Shown here: one piece after another, positions 1 to 10,850 of the stretch | Numbering within the stretch: position 1 is the first letter of the stretch | Layout: the number at the start of each line of letters is the position of its first letter | Assembly: GCA_963701295.1 (NCBI GenBank) | Contig: OY969585.1 | Location: 1,600,001 to 1,664,000, forward strand | Source of the DNA: Ignavibacteriota bacterium | GTDB taxonomy: Bacteria; Bacteroidota; Ignavibacteria; UBA10030 | Reading direction: 5' to 3' | DNA length: 64,000 nt | Notes under the pieces: model-generated | The model's database searches: none | What the model saw: only the letters and a program-made list of their open reading frames with translations | What the model was told of the DNA's origin: nothing | Position numbers and translations under genes: made by a program

Positions 1-487
1 GTGCACGGCGTAATCCGAAATCATAGAGCTTCCGATTACCGGCAGCGAACCGAATGCGAGACGCTTTCGTAGCGATGAGCGATTCAAAGTTGAGAAGATT
101 CAAGAGCAGCGTTTCTATTATTTGTGTTTCGATAAGACTTCCTTCTACACGAACGATCGGTTCCAATGGAAATATGAGTTCACCTTCACGCATTGAATGA
201 ATAGTACCGTTGAAACGGAAACGTCGGAGGTACTGAAGAAACTCTTGTTTGAATCCTAGCGATTGAAGATATTCAACTTCTGCGTCCTCAAACCTGTATG
301 TTTCGAGAATTTCCAACAGATCACTGAGTCCGGCAAAAACGACATAACCGTTCCCAAAGGGATTCTCGCGAAAAAAATAGTCAAAGACGGCGGTCGTCTG
401 CGCTTTCCCTGAAAGGAAGTAACCCTGTGCCATTGTGAGTTGATAATAATCTATATAAAGTGCTGCATGCGAATCGAATACTCTCAT
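1..487 (-). CDS. pncB: Nicotinate phosphoribosyltransferase (5' part; runs off window start)
   Basis: Manual translation from ATG at 487: MRVFDSHAALYIDYYQLTMAQGYF...FDYFFRENPFGNGYVVFAGL...LNFESLIATKASRIR...DFGLRRAH. These are typical NAPRTase motifs. Not in the ORF track because it is truncated. Confidence 0.9.
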   Translation of the reverse strand, partial: MRVFDSHAALYIDYYQLTMAQGYFLSGKAQTTAVFDYFFRENPFGNGYVVFAGLSDLLEILETYRFEDAEVEYLQSLGFKQEFLQYLRRFRFNGTIHSMREGELIFPLEPIVRVEGSLIETQIIETLLLNLLNFESLIATKASRIRFAAGNRKLYDFGLRRA

Positions 488-531
488 TGTCCATCCTTCT
501 AAAAACTTTTTAACATCACCTAAAATAAAAA

Positions 532-891
532 TCAGAACGCATCTCGTATATGACGAATTTCTGCGGTTCCATTCCGATATTCAATTGCCACGATGTCGAA
601 CCGGCATGGACGATCATCGATGTCGTGTATGAACAAATACCCCTCGGCAACGGCATGCACTTGTTCTTGTTTCTTTTCGGTTACAGCATCTTCTGGAGCG
701 CCAAAAGTATTTGATCGCCGTGCCTTCACTTCGACAAAGACCAACTCTTCGCCCTCTTCGGCAATGAGATCAATCTCACCTCGCTCGAAACAAAAGTTAC
801 GTTCAAGAATCTTCAAGCCGCTTTGTTCGAGAAAGTGAGCTGCCAGTTCTTCTCCCGCTTTTCCCCATTTTCGTCGATTCATAAGTGACAT
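532..891 (-). CDS. yraN: YraN family (UPF0102) nuclease-like protein
   Basis: GKAGEELA...GEIDLIA...LVFVEVKAR...RFDIVAI. The start is probably at 891 or 882 rather than 924. Confidence 0.9.
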   Translation of the reverse strand: MSLMNRRKWGKAGEELAAHFLEQSGLKILERNFCFERGEIDLIAEEGEELVFVEVKARRSNTFGAPEDAVTEKKQEQVHAVAEGYLFIHDIDDRPCRFDIVAIEYRNGTAEIRHIRDAF

Positions 892-1121
892 TGCGACGAG
901 AGGCATTATCACGACTTCCTGCATAATATGCTACTGGAAAAGTATGGTTGATGCAAATTAGAATGCTCTAAAGATTATTAAAACACTAAAGAATTTCAGT
1001 AAAAATCCACTTGTGTGTGATCTCCATCATAGAAAACAATGTTGCCTTTTAATTTCTTTTCAGTTCCAGGTCTGATCGGTGTGTAACGGTTGATAATTTT
1101 TGAAGAGTAACGGAAACGAGC

Positions 1122-1751
1122 TCAAGATAAAAGTTCTCCCTGAAGAATGGAAGGATGAAACGACCTGCGATGAATTTCACATAAACCGTAAATGCGTATA
1201 GCCTCAATATGCTGAGGTGTTCCATAACCCTTATGCTGGGCAAAGCCATATTGTGGAAAATATGCGTCTAACTCGCACATCAACCGATCACGTGTCACTT
1301 TCGCGATGATCGAAGCGGCTGCAATAGTGAATGACTTTGCATCGCCGCCGATGATATTTTGAAAACGCAATGTATCATGTGTAAATGAATTACCATCAAC
1401 GAGAACGTAATCCGGTTTGATGGCCAAGTTTTCCAATGCCTTTCGCATCGCTAAATGAGTTGCTTGTAAGATGTTGATATGGTCAATCACTTTGTGATCG
1501 ATAATTCCCACTCCAACACTCATTGCTTGCTGCGAGATCATTCTAAACAATTCTTCCCGTTTTCTTGTCGACAACTTCTTTGAATCGTTCACGCCATGCA
1601 TGACGAATTCTTTCGGGAAGATGACTGCTGCCGCGACCACAGGGCCTGCAAGCGGACCGCGTCCGGCTTCATCTACTCCGGCAATGTGCTCGATGTTTTG
1701 CTCCCAGAGCGTACGTTCCGTTTTAAGATTCACTTCGGGATGTTGCTTCAT
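1122..1751 (-). CDS. rnhB: Ribonuclease HII
   Basis: GVDEAGRGPLAGPV, DSKKLS, IAAASIIAKVTRD and HKGYGT motifs. Confidence 0.97.
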   Translation of the reverse strand: MKQHPEVNLKTERTLWEQNIEHIAGVDEAGRGPLAGPVVAAAVIFPKEFVMHGVNDSKKLSTRKREELFRMISQQAMSVGVGIIDHKVIDHINILQATHLAMRKALENLAIKPDYVLVDGNSFTHDTLRFQNIIGGDAKSFTIAAASIIAKVTRDRLMCELDAYFPQYGFAQHKGYGTPQHIEAIRIYGLCEIHRRSFHPSILQGELLS

Positions 1752-2594
1752 TCACACCGAACCTGCAATAATGGCCATCAGACCAATTACCATAGTGAGT
1801 TTTAAATTACTACTCACGCGTCTCATATGAATGGAGGAGGAACCTTGCCACATCATCACTCCTGAAACACACATAAGGATGTCAGCAACGAAAATAATAT
1901 ACATAAAGGCAGAATGATATGCAGAATATTTGACCACCGCAAATGTGATACTGATGAGCGTAAGAAGCGACAAGGTTGCCAATAAGAGTGCCGGTCTGAT
2001 GCCATATTTGACGGGTAAGGTGACGGCATGTTCTTTCCTGTCACCTTCAATGTCTTCCACATCTTTCACTAACTCACGTGCGAAGTTAATGAGAAATGCA
2101 AATACAGCCGGAACAAGAGCCCGTTCGATGTGTCCGACTATGGCACCTCCATAGATGAACGCCATCCCCGTCATTAATCCGACGACGACATTACCGGCAA
2201 TAATGGTTCTTTTCAGTCGAGCCGAATAATAATAGAGGAGGACAACGGCAAAAATAACAATGAGCAGTGCAAGAGGATTGATAAATACATTGATACAGAT
2301 TGCCGTCATAGAGACTATAAACCACATCTGTTGTGCATTACGCTGTGTCAGCACACCGAGCGGCAATGGACGATTCGGTCGATTGATTCGATCTATCTCA
2401 ATATCGAACGAGTCATTAATGGCGTTTGCGCCAGCAGTCACCAACATACCTGTCAGTGCTGCCAAGAGGATGATAAGCAAATCATGTGTCGTTCCACCAG
2501 CGATCCAACACGCAACGGGAATAGATGCAAGTGTGATGAAGATGTTTATCGGACGGCTCAATTGAACGAATGCTTTGAGTTTTTTAGAATTCAT
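1752..2594 (-). CDS. UbiA prenyltransferase, digeranylgeranylglyceryl-phosphate synthase-like
   Basis: Multi-TM protein with Asp-rich motifs INDSFDIEIDRINRPNRPLP and RELVKDVEDIEGD...TLP. Confidence 0.85.
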   Translation of the reverse strand: MNSKKLKAFVQLSRPINIFITLASIPVACWIAGGTTHDLLIILLAALTGMLVTAGANAINDSFDIEIDRINRPNRPLPLGVLTQRNAQQMWFIVSMTAICINVFINPLALLIVIFAVVLLYYYSARLKRTIIAGNVVVGLMTGMAFIYGGAIVGHIERALVPAVFAFLINFARELVKDVEDIEGDRKEHAVTLPVKYGIRPALLLATLSLLTLISITFAVVKYSAYHSAFMYIIFVADILMCVSGVMMWQGSSSIHMRRVSSNLKLTMVIGLMAIIAGSV

Positions 2595-4407
2595 TGATCA
2601 ACCGAATGTGAATTTTTGCTGTGCTGAACGTGTCGCCTTCTCCTAATGCAATGCTGACACCGATCAATCCAAGTGCAGAATCCATACGCACGCCTATGCC
2701 ATAACCTACTTTACTTTGTTCCGATGCTTTTCCATCCATTGCAGCAAAAGCGGGTTGGACTATATACCCGAAATCAATGAATCCGTAGAAAAAAGAACGC
2801 GGTGCAACGAGAAAACGATATTCTAAATTTGTCCATAAAAGTCGTGAACCCAGGAACTGTCCTTCCTGGTATCCGCGCAATGTCATTGCACCACCAAGCC
2901 GGAACAAATCACTCACATCTATATTTCCGCTGCTGAAATCTCTAAGATGCAATTCAGTAGCAATGACTTGCCGAAGAAACGGCGAGAGATAATAGGAAAG
3001 ATCAAATATCACGCGGCGGGTTGTACTTCGAGACCCAATAGGAAAAGCATCGCTGCTCAAAGTCCGCTTTGTACCGGTTTGATATTCTGTGGAATACAGA
3101 ATGCCGTTTGTGGGTGTTGTTGGATTATCACGAGAATCATACCGGACAGATGCTCCCAAACCTGTGGTTTGACTTTCTGCCATAGCTTTGCTTCCGTCAT
3201 ATCGCTCAGTCGGATACACATTGTTCTGCAAAAACGAGATGCCCACGGAAAATTCCTCAGTGATCATCAACTCGGTGGCAATGTCGTATTCCATACGCAC
3301 AAATGTCGAATCCTGTTTTCGTTGAAAGAATCCAAGCTGAGCATTGACAGGATAGGAAGCTATCCATGGCTCAAAGTAGTGAAGTTCAGTTTCCTGAGAG
3401 CTTTTAGTCTCTTGATACCATCGGACGGAGAGTTTGCGTCCGGTGCCAAAAAGGTTTCTCAGTGAGATGTTGACAAGTCCTGTGATGTAGCCGTTTCCAC
3501 CGGATGCAGTGGAGGGAACATACCCAATCACTCCATCGAAATTGTTTTGGTTTCCCTCCACAACTCGCACCAACAATCCTGCCTGTTCTGCTTCTGTTAA
3601 ATATAATTCCGGTAGAGAGACGGACGAGAAAAGCTGCAAATGATCCAGTCGGCGTTTGAGGCGTTCAGGAAGATCACTGCTGAACAATTCATTTTCCCTC
3701 AAACGTGCTTCACGCATGATAACATAATCTTTGGTCGTCTTATTCCCTTCGATGTGTATTTCAGAAATGCGCAATGCTTTTCCTTCGTCGATATGCAACT
3801 GCACTGTTACAGACATTTCATCTGCAGAATCAATAAAGGAAACATTTTGAACTGTAATTTTTGAAAGTGGAAATCCTTTGCGCTCATATTGTTGGAGGAG
3901 AGTTTGAATGTCTTGTTCCAAGAGAGAAGGGATAAAAGGATCGCCTTTGTGTAGTTGCATACTCGGATATAACTCGGCAGCTATAAGATTTTGACAACCA
4001 TCGAATTCAATCTGCCGCACAACTGACGGTTTCCCTTCGGTTAGAAAGATGCGCACTCCCATATCGTGCAGTACGGTATCGTAATGTACCTGCATCGAAT
4101 CTATTCGAGCATGGAGATATGCGCGATTTTTGTAGAGATCGAGAATGCGTTCCCGATCGCCCGCTAATATAGACTCGGAGAATGGGCCGCCTTTTTTAGT
4201 TGAAAGAGCAGTGGTAAGTTGATTAGCTGAAAGGGTATGATTTCCTTCAAATTCCACTGAATGCACTGTCAGCGAAACTTGCCCGTTGACAACCGATGAA
4301 AGAACAAGATGCAAAAAACCCCATAGTAAACAACAAGCCGGTGTGAAGTATGCGCTGGCTCGTATCGAATGACGTAGGAGAAACCGACTCACCGTATCCT
4401 TCCCCAC
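2584..4407 (-). CDS. BamA/TamA (Omp85) family outer-membrane protein with POTRA domains
   Basis: POTRA-like repeats (VEFEGN, IHIEGNKTTKDYVI), NLFGTG, LRGY and a C-terminal Phe. Start position uncertain. Confidence 0.85.
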   Translation of the reverse strand: MGKDTVSRFLLRHSIRASAYFTPACCLLWGFLHLVLSSVVNGQVSLTVHSVEFEGNHTLSANQLTTALSTKKGGPFSESILAGDRERILDLYKNRAYLHARIDSMQVHYDTVLHDMGVRIFLTEGKPSVVRQIEFDGCQNLIAAELYPSMQLHKGDPFIPSLLEQDIQTLLQQYERKGFPLSKITVQNVSFIDSADEMSVTVQLHIDEGKALRISEIHIEGNKTTKDYVIMREARLRENELFSSDLPERLKRRLDHLQLFSSVSLPELYLTEAEQAGLLVRVVEGNQNNFDGVIGYVPSTASGGNGYITGLVNISLRNLFGTGRKLSVRWYQETKSSQETELHYFEPWIASYPVNAQLGFFQRKQDSTFVRMEYDIATELMITEEFSVGISFLQNNVYPTERYDGSKAMAESQTTGLGASVRYDSRDNPTTPTNGILYSTEYQTGTKRTLSSDAFPIGSRSTTRRVIFDLSYYLSPFLRQVIATELHLRDFSSGNIDVSDLFRLGGAMTLRGYQEGQFLGSRLLWTNLEYRFLVAPRSFFYGFIDFGYIVQPAFAAMDGKASEQSKVGYGIGVRMDSALGLIGVSIALGEGDTFSTAKIHIRLINEF

Positions 4408-5706
4408 AAATCTGTTTCGGGATATTGAAGACGATAGTCGCCAAATCCGGTTTCATCTACAAAAATAAATTCCCGATTTTGATCATAGTAATACCAAATT
4501 TCATATGGCTTACTCTCTGAATCGAAAGGATGGCGGTCTATGTTTTGTGGTGAACCATACTGGATGAGAACCATTCCCCTGTCTGTCTTCCAGCCTTCCA
4601 TGTATTGCTTAAAGTTCCTATTTGCGTACGCGACGCGTGCATAATATTCTTCCATCAGTTTATTTCGCGATGTTTTAGGATTTGGATTGCGTTTTGCCCA
4701 GAATTCAAGAAATCGTTTTTGTCTCTCTTCCTGAGTTGCCGCTTCTTTGATATAGTCAATCTCGCTTCCTTTTGCAATGTACCGAAGCTGATCCGTTGCC
4801 TTGTCGATGTCTGTGACGGTCAAAGGCAAATCCTTTATTCGCACAAGACAGGTACGCGAAGATGACGTATGAACCATTATCACCGGATTGACTTTAGAAT
4901 ATCCCGTGGCTTCAACGAAAAACACGTACTGACCAGCAGCAAGTGCCGGTGTATCAATTCGCCAAGTCATTTGTGTCCGATTGCCTGAGAGTACTTCACT
5001 CTTTGGACGTTGTGCGATGACTTCTTTCTCTTGATTGATAAACTTGCATAATAATTGGACAGAATCGAGTTGAATTCTGTTATAGATTTCGAAGAAGAGA
5101 TAAAAACCATTCGATTCTTTTGCAAGAACTCCTGTCAAATTTGGTACGATGTTCTTTCGCGTACCGTCAACATCCATTCTATGTACCTAGCATCAGATTA
5201 CTCAGCGCAAGCGAATCTGCGCCAAAATCTTTTACCACCATTGATTTGTGAAAGGCGGCTATTTTTTTAGATGCATTATCTGTTACTTGCAAAAGGAGTT
5301 CATACTTTCCTGGCAGGAGATCAGTCGAAAATCTTTTGAGAGTAGACAGTCGATGGGAAATGGTTTGCGTAAAATCTTTCAGGCGCAATTCCACCGTTTG
5401 GCTCGTTTGCCAGAGTTCTTGCTTCTCTTGTGTGAGTACCGTTGCGGATATTTCAATACGTCCTATGTATTGTTCTCCCTCTTTGACAAAATTGATCTCT
5501 GGATAGGGAACCTGAATATAGATATCCAGACGTCCTTTATTGGATGAGTCAGATTTGAATGCGAATGCTTCTGCAAGTATTTCCGATTCATATCCCTTTG
5601 ATTCATTTTGATTATCGATCTGCGCATACAAGTAATTGGCAAGTATACCAAATGCAAGGATTGTTCGTCCCGCGAAGATTATCCGTTGTATTCTTCTGTA
5701 TGCCAT
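4389..5706 (-). CDS. GWxTD domain protein; one gene split by a +1 frameshift near 5186-5187
   Basis: The C-terminal part has EGWKTDRGMVLIQYG. The N-terminal ORF (5179..5706) has a signal peptide. Removing one base joins ...NLML-VHRMDVDG. Confidence 0.8.
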
Positions 5707-5733
5707 AACGTTGTTCTCATGTAAGAATGTACA

Positions 5734-7038
5734 TCACGCCGCTGCAACGAGATCATACTCTGTTGCATCGGTAATAGTCACAGAGTGAAATGCACCTACG
5801 TCTATTGGTTGACTACTGCGTACGAGTACTTCTTGATCGATTTCCGGTGCGTCCCATTCTGTTCTTCCAACAAAAAAATCGTTCTCCCGAGTATCGATTA
5901 ACACCCTCATCGTCTTACCAATGAGAGATTCATTGTGCTGTTCAGAAATTTCTTTTTGGATTTCCATTATTGTTGTTTGTCGTTCCTGTTTCATTTCTGC
6001 CGGGATCGGATCGCCGAGATCAAACGCCGTTGTGCCTTCTTCTTGCGAATAGAGAAAGACACCGAGGCGGTGAAAACGAGTCTCTTCTACAAAATCGCAT
6101 AATTCCTTGAAATCATTTTCTGTTTCACCCGGATATCCGACGATGAGTGTTGTGCGGAGAGCGAGATTGGGAATTTCATTTTTCAACTGTACGAGCAACT
6201 CACGCGTTGCTTTCCGGCTTATGCCGCGCCGCATGGATTTTAACACAGTGTCAGAGTAATGCTGAATCGGAATATCGATATAGCGGCAGAGCTTTGTGTA
6301 TTTCTGAAATGCTTCTATAATATCCGTTGGAAATTTTGCCGGATAAGCATACATCAATCGAATCCATTCGATTCCATCAATGTCGTTCAACTCGCCAAGA
6401 AGTGTTGCAAGATGCCTCTTGCCGCACAAATCTAATCCATAGTATGTTGTATCTTGCGCGATGACAATGAGTTCCTTCACTCCCTTCTCTGCGAGCAGTC
6501 GTGTTTCATATACAAGTTCTTCCATTGGTTTGCTACGATGTTGTCCTCGCATCTGTGGAATAGCACAGAAAGAGCAAGGATTGTCGCATCCTTCGGAGAT
6601 TTTAAGATATGCATAGTGCGATGGGGTTGAGAGGAGACGCTCGCCGAGCAGATTGGTCTTGTAATCTACACCAAGAGAGTTCAGCACACTGCGCAATTGA
6701 TCTGTCCCAAAGAACGAATCAACTTCTGGAATTTCAGCGGCAAGTTCATTCTTAAAACGCTCAGAGAGACAGCCCATGACGACAATTTTTTTTATTTTGC
6801 CCAGGTTTTTCTTCTCCACAGCTTCTAGAATAGTGTCTATCGATTCCTTTTTTGCATCCTGAATGAAACCGCATGTGTTAATAACAACCATATCGGCGTC
6901 GTCGGCATTCTTCACAAGCTGCACATTGCTGTGCTTCAACTGACCAAGAAGCAATTCTGAATCAACTAGGTTTTTTGGACAACCGAGTGTAACAACGTTG
7001 ACCTTTGATTTTACAGCCACAAACATCCTTCCAAACAA
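5734..7038 (-). CDS. rimO: Ribosomal protein S12 methylthiotransferase
   Basis: LGCPKN, NTCGFI, GCL, the radical SAM motif CDNPCSFC, and DAPEID before a TRAM domain. Confidence 0.95.
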   Translation of the reverse strand: MFGRMFVAVKSKVNVVTLGCPKNLVDSELLLGQLKHSNVQLVKNADDADMVVINTCGFIQDAKKESIDTILEAVEKKNLGKIKKIVVMGCLSERFKNELAAEIPEVDSFFGTDQLRSVLNSLGVDYKTNLLGERLLSTPSHYAYLKISEGCDNPCSFCAIPQMRGQHRSKPMEELVYETRLLAEKGVKELIVIAQDTTYYGLDLCGKRHLATLLGELNDIDGIEWIRLMYAYPAKFPTDIIEAFQKYTKLCRYIDIPIQHYSDTVLKSMRRGISRKATRELLVQLKNEIPNLALRTTLIVGYPGETENDFKELCDFVEETRFHRLGVFLYSQEEGTTAFDLGDPIPAEMKQERQTTIMEIQKEISEQHNESLIGKTMRVLIDTRENDFFVGRTEWDAPEIDQEVLVRSSQPIDVGAFHSVTITDATEYDLVAAA

Positions 7039-7044
7039 TAAATG

Positions 7045-7995
7045 CTACGACAGCACAACAAAGTCTATATAAAGATACACAATCGGGGAGATATAAACCA
7101 AACTGTCGAACCGATCATATACTCCGCCATGTCCCGGGATGAGTGTAGAAGAATCTTTGACACCCGCGTCTCGCTTGAATCGAGACTCGATGAGATCTCC
7201 AAGCTGTCCAAATACTCCAATAAGCACTCCGAGAACAATTGCATGGTGATATGTGAGATAGCCAAGCACAAATATTTTTGCTGTCACCATGGTCAGTATG
7301 GAAAAAATGAAACCGAATATAGCTCCTTCCCAAGTTTTATTTGGACTTACTTCCACGAAAAGTTTATGTTTCCCGAATGTTTTACCGCCAAAATATGCCG
7401 CCGTGTCACAGATCCAAATCGTTGCGAAGATGGCAATGACCGTATAACCGCCCCATCGATTAATCTGCGCAAGCTGCTGGCCATTGGCTAAGCCCTCTGC
7501 AAAGAATTTATGTACGGGAAATCCGTACGGAAAGAGTTCACGTAAAAAAATGAGCATGCCGAAACACAGTGAAACGACAAATACACCCAGTATCGTTGTG
7601 GCGATATTGATTGTCGGCGAACCTTTTGTACGAAACAACTCGATCAGCATGGTCAACAAGAGGAATTTGAGCAGTACGACGGCGAGAAGTTGATGTTGTG
7701 AAAACACCGAAAGATGGATTTCAAAATGGTCGATGACGAATTGGTAGATTTCGACTTGAAATCGTTCGTAGATGAAGACGGCATTGACGATGACTCCGAC
7801 GACGAGTCCGAGTGTTTTGAGCGGCGCAGCGCCTTTGGCTTCCGCAAGTCCATAGAATTCGTACAATGCAAGCGATGAGATGACGGTAATAAGGAAGAAG
7901 AAGAAATAGCCGCCAAGCATAGTCATCCAGAGGATGATGGGAATAGCGACAAGCGCCACGAGAACACGCGCTGTGAGATTTTTAAATTGAGGCAT
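7045..7995 (-). CDS. cdsA: Phosphatidate cytidylyltransferase
   Basis: SPNKTWEG, GDLIESRFKRDAGVKDS, PGHGGVYDRFDS. Confidence 0.95.
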   Translation of the reverse strand: MPQFKNLTARVLVALVAIPIILWMTMLGGYFFFFLITVISSLALYEFYGLAEAKGAAPLKTLGLVVGVIVNAVFIYERFQVEIYQFVIDHFEIHLSVFSQHQLLAVVLLKFLLLTMLIELFRTKGSPTINIATTILGVFVVSLCFGMLIFLRELFPYGFPVHKFFAEGLANGQQLAQINRWGGYTVIAIFATIWICDTAAYFGGKTFGKHKLFVEVSPNKTWEGAIFGFIFSILTMVTAKIFVLGYLTYHHAIVLGVLIGVFGQLGDLIESRFKRDAGVKDSSTLIPGHGGVYDRFDSLVYISPIVYLYIDFVVLS

Positions 7996-8076
7996 AATTT
8001 TTAATGATTGGTGAATGATAAACAGCCAAGAATTATTAACTAACTAATTTGAATGAATTTCGTTCATTTGTTTATC

Positions 8077-9021
8077 TCAGCAAATCCGTCTCGAGATATC
8101 ATTCGTGATACGAAGATATACTACAAAACTGAGAAAGAAGAGCACAGCAAAGACAACCAACTCGAACAGCATCGCCGGTATATCTACTGTCGTCTGTGCG
8201 GCAGATAAAAGATTTTCGTCATTCAAACCGTAATAGGAAGCGAGCACCGCCATAAGGTTATTGAGGAAATGTGCTGACATGGGAAGCAAGAGACTTTGTG
8301 AACGATACCTCAGTAGTCCGAAGAACACACCCAATCCGATGAGCGGCACAACCTCGAATGGATTCATATGATACAAACCGAAAATCGTTCCTGCCAATAT
8401 TGCCGAAACGATTGGCGACATCAGCCGCTCAAATATTTTTTGAATGAGGCCACGAAAGAGTAATTCTTCTACAATCGCCGGACCTACTGCCACGACAAGA
8501 ATGACAGCAAGAAGTTCCACCGATGAATCAGCATGAATCAAAACTTTCGTTAGTTCCTCAAACAACTTCTTAATCGGTTCGATGAGATCACGCAGTAATT
8601 CCGGAAGAGGAATCCGTTCCTGAAAAAACATATATGCTTCAAACACCCGCTGTAATGAAAAGAGTGCAATGAGCGCAAGAATTGATTCTCGAATTCCCGG
8701 TACTCGAAACTGAAATACTCCACTCAATCGAGTAGCAAACAATCGCGCCAGCAGCAAGGTCGGAAGGAGGATGAAACACATCTGTCCGATGAGTGTCAGC
8801 CAACGCATTGTCCAAACATTTTCGCGGGTAATGGATGCTGCTCCTGTAACAAGAAATGTCAGCAAACCGCCGCCGACTTGATAGAGAAGAAAGATGGAAA
8901 CAAGCGATACAAACGCGAACAAGAGTGGATGGATAGCATGCCGATCGACAAAAGAAAGTTTTTCGGCAGTCACTTCTTCTTGATTCACAGATTCGGAAAT
9001 GTGTTCGTGAAATTCAGTCAT
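8077..9021 (-). CDS. CPBP (CAAX/Abi) intramembrane metalloprotease
   Basis: EELLFRG, FGLYH and HFLNN motifs in a multi-TM protein. Confidence 0.9.
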   Translation of the reverse strand: MTEFHEHISESVNQEEVTAEKLSFVDRHAIHPLLFAFVSLVSIFLLYQVGGGLLTFLVTGAASITRENVWTMRWLTLIGQMCFILLPTLLLARLFATRLSGVFQFRVPGIRESILALIALFSLQRVFEAYMFFQERIPLPELLRDLIEPIKKLFEELTKVLIHADSSVELLAVILVVAVGPAIVEELLFRGLIQKIFERLMSPIVSAILAGTIFGLYHMNPFEVVPLIGLGVFFGLLRYRSQSLLLPMSAHFLNNLMAVLASYYGLNDENLLSAAQTTVDIPAMLFELVVFAVLFFLSFVVYLRITNDISRRIC

Positions 9022-9977
9022 GTAGCAGGAAGCTGGGATTTGATCATGGCAGCAAGCAAGGGGAACATAAGTTCGTGATGTCCCGTAAAATTATAACCTC
9101 GTCCGTGCTTTTGTGTCGGCCGTTCAACAACATTCATTTGCGGACGATACTGTCGGATCATATCAAAGTTGGCAGTGGAAAATCCTTTCGCTTTATAGCC
9201 GAGATTACGGGCAACAGTGAGCGCTTTTAGAAAAACTTCCGGCATGATCACCGCAGAACCGAAGTTTAATACTACACCGCCGTTGATGAGATCCTTGACG
9301 GAATTCACGAACACCTTGAAATCACGAAAACTCAATTCACCGGTTGCGGCCCCGTCCATCGTTGCTTGTTGGTGAACGATATCTGTTCCAATCGCTGCGT
9401 GTACCGTTACTGGAATGCCAAGGTCGTAGCAATTGGCAAGAATGCTGACATTCCGGTTGCGTCCGTTGTTTGCAAGAATATTCTTGGCAAGTGTTTCACC
9501 ATATCCATCAGTTGTTTCTTTCATTCCTTTTACAAGTGCAAGGTTGATGAAGTCGCCTGTTTCTTTCGACATCCCAAACGTTCCGTCCATCAAGTTTGCG
9601 GCTACATCTTCTGAAGTATGTCCCCACATCGCCGTTTCGACATCGTGGATGGAAGCTGCACTGTTCATTGCCACATGCGTGATGACACCGCGTTTGAGTA
9701 AATCAACAATGACCGGTGAGAGTCCGACCTTGATGACGTGTGCTCCCATCATGAGAATGACAGGTTTCTTCTTCGCGCGAGCTCGGACGATGTCGTTCAC
9801 GACATCGCGTAATTCGTTACCGATGAGAATGCGCGGCAGTGAATCGGCAAAATCCTTGAAGCTCGCTTTCTGCGCATCGAGCGGTATGGCAAAATCGTTC
9901 GGCGTCACTTTGCTCTTGCGATCTTTGATGGAAATTGTCTTGACGTGGCTAAAGTCTATTTGCTTGAATTTCGTCAT
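9018..9977 (-). CDS. Conserved hypothetical protein with a deoxyhypusine-synthase-like fold
   Basis: MGAHVIKVG, GHTSEDV, IPVTVHAAIGTDIVH, GSAVIMPEVFLKAL, GHHELMFPLL. The fold assignment is from recall. Confidence 0.6.
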   Translation of the reverse strand: MTKFKQIDFSHVKTISIKDRKSKVTPNDFAIPLDAQKASFKDFADSLPRILIGNELRDVVNDIVRARAKKKPVILMMGAHVIKVGLSPVIVDLLKRGVITHVAMNSAASIHDVETAMWGHTSEDVAANLMDGTFGMSKETGDFINLALVKGMKETTDGYGETLAKNILANNGRNRNVSILANCYDLGIPVTVHAAIGTDIVHQQATMDGAATGELSFRDFKVFVNSVKDLINGGVVLNFGSAVIMPEVFLKALTVARNLGYKAKGFSTANFDMIRQYRPQMNVVERPTQKHGRGYNFTGHHELMFPLLAAMIKSQLPAT

Positions 9978-9988
9978 ATGAGAATTGG

Positions 9989-10798
9989 TTACTCCACTTT
10001 TGCTTTAATCGGCCCGTTAATACCGGAGTATTCACGCAGTTCGGAATCTATCGATCCGACAACGACTTTCGTACTCACTTTCACCGGAATTTTTCGTTCA
10101 TCGTTCGTCAGCCAGATAACGATGCGGCCTTCACTCTTAAACAATCCGCCTTCTTTCATAAGAGGCTCTACTACGACGCAATTGAATTTTCCTGCTTCCA
10201 CTTCAATTTGCTGGTACCCAAGAAACTTTACAGCAAGCTGGTACGTCGAGTCTTTATAGAAATTCTGTAAGTACAATTTCTCACCCGGGCGCGATTTAGA
10301 AAAATCCAATGTGCGTACATAATACATTGCTGACACAGCATCGTGTACATATGGGGGAATCGCATAACGGTTATTTTTTGTCAAGGCAACATTGTTCAAT
10401 TGATCGAATTCTGCGGAAAAATCATATTTATATTTTCCTTCACGCACACGCTGTGTAAATCTCCATGGGAAAATACCTTTCGTGTCAAGCATCGTTTCGT
10501 AACGATCATCTACTTTATAGAAGAAGGAGAAGGTTGGCGTGGAAACAACCGTGAAAAGCACCTGATAGCATTCTTTACCATGGATCGTATCGATCGCGGG
10601 AATAGAAAACACCGCTTCCCCGGCTGTGATAAAACTGTAACCTACATCGTAGACAAGTCTTTCACCCAGAGAAAATGCAGATTGATTGAGGTTTCGAAGG
10701 CTGTCGACAGATTTTGCAACAAGCGTATCTTGTGCCCAAATTTGGGAAGTGGTAATAGTCAGGAAGGATATCATAAACACAACGAAGATTTTTTTCAT
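9989..10798 (-). CDS. DUF3108 domain secreted protein
   Basis: Signal peptide; GERLVY...AGEA; WLTNDERKIPVKV. Confidence 0.8.
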   Translation of the reverse strand: MKKIFVVFMISFLTITTSQIWAQDTLVAKSVDSLRNLNQSAFSLGERLVYDVGYSFITAGEAVFSIPAIDTIHGKECYQVLFTVVSTPTFSFFYKVDDRYETMLDTKGIFPWRFTQRVREGKYKYDFSAEFDQLNNVALTKNNRYAIPPYVHDAVSAMYYVRTLDFSKSRPGEKLYLQNFYKDSTYQLAVKFLGYQQIEVEAGKFNCVVVEPLMKEGGLFKSEGRIVIWLTNDERKIPVKVSTKVVVGSIDSELREYSGINGPIKAKVE

Positions 10799-10850
10799 TT
10801 ACAATATTCCAATCTTAAAAAAATCGCAAATCACAACAACTCACCATTGT

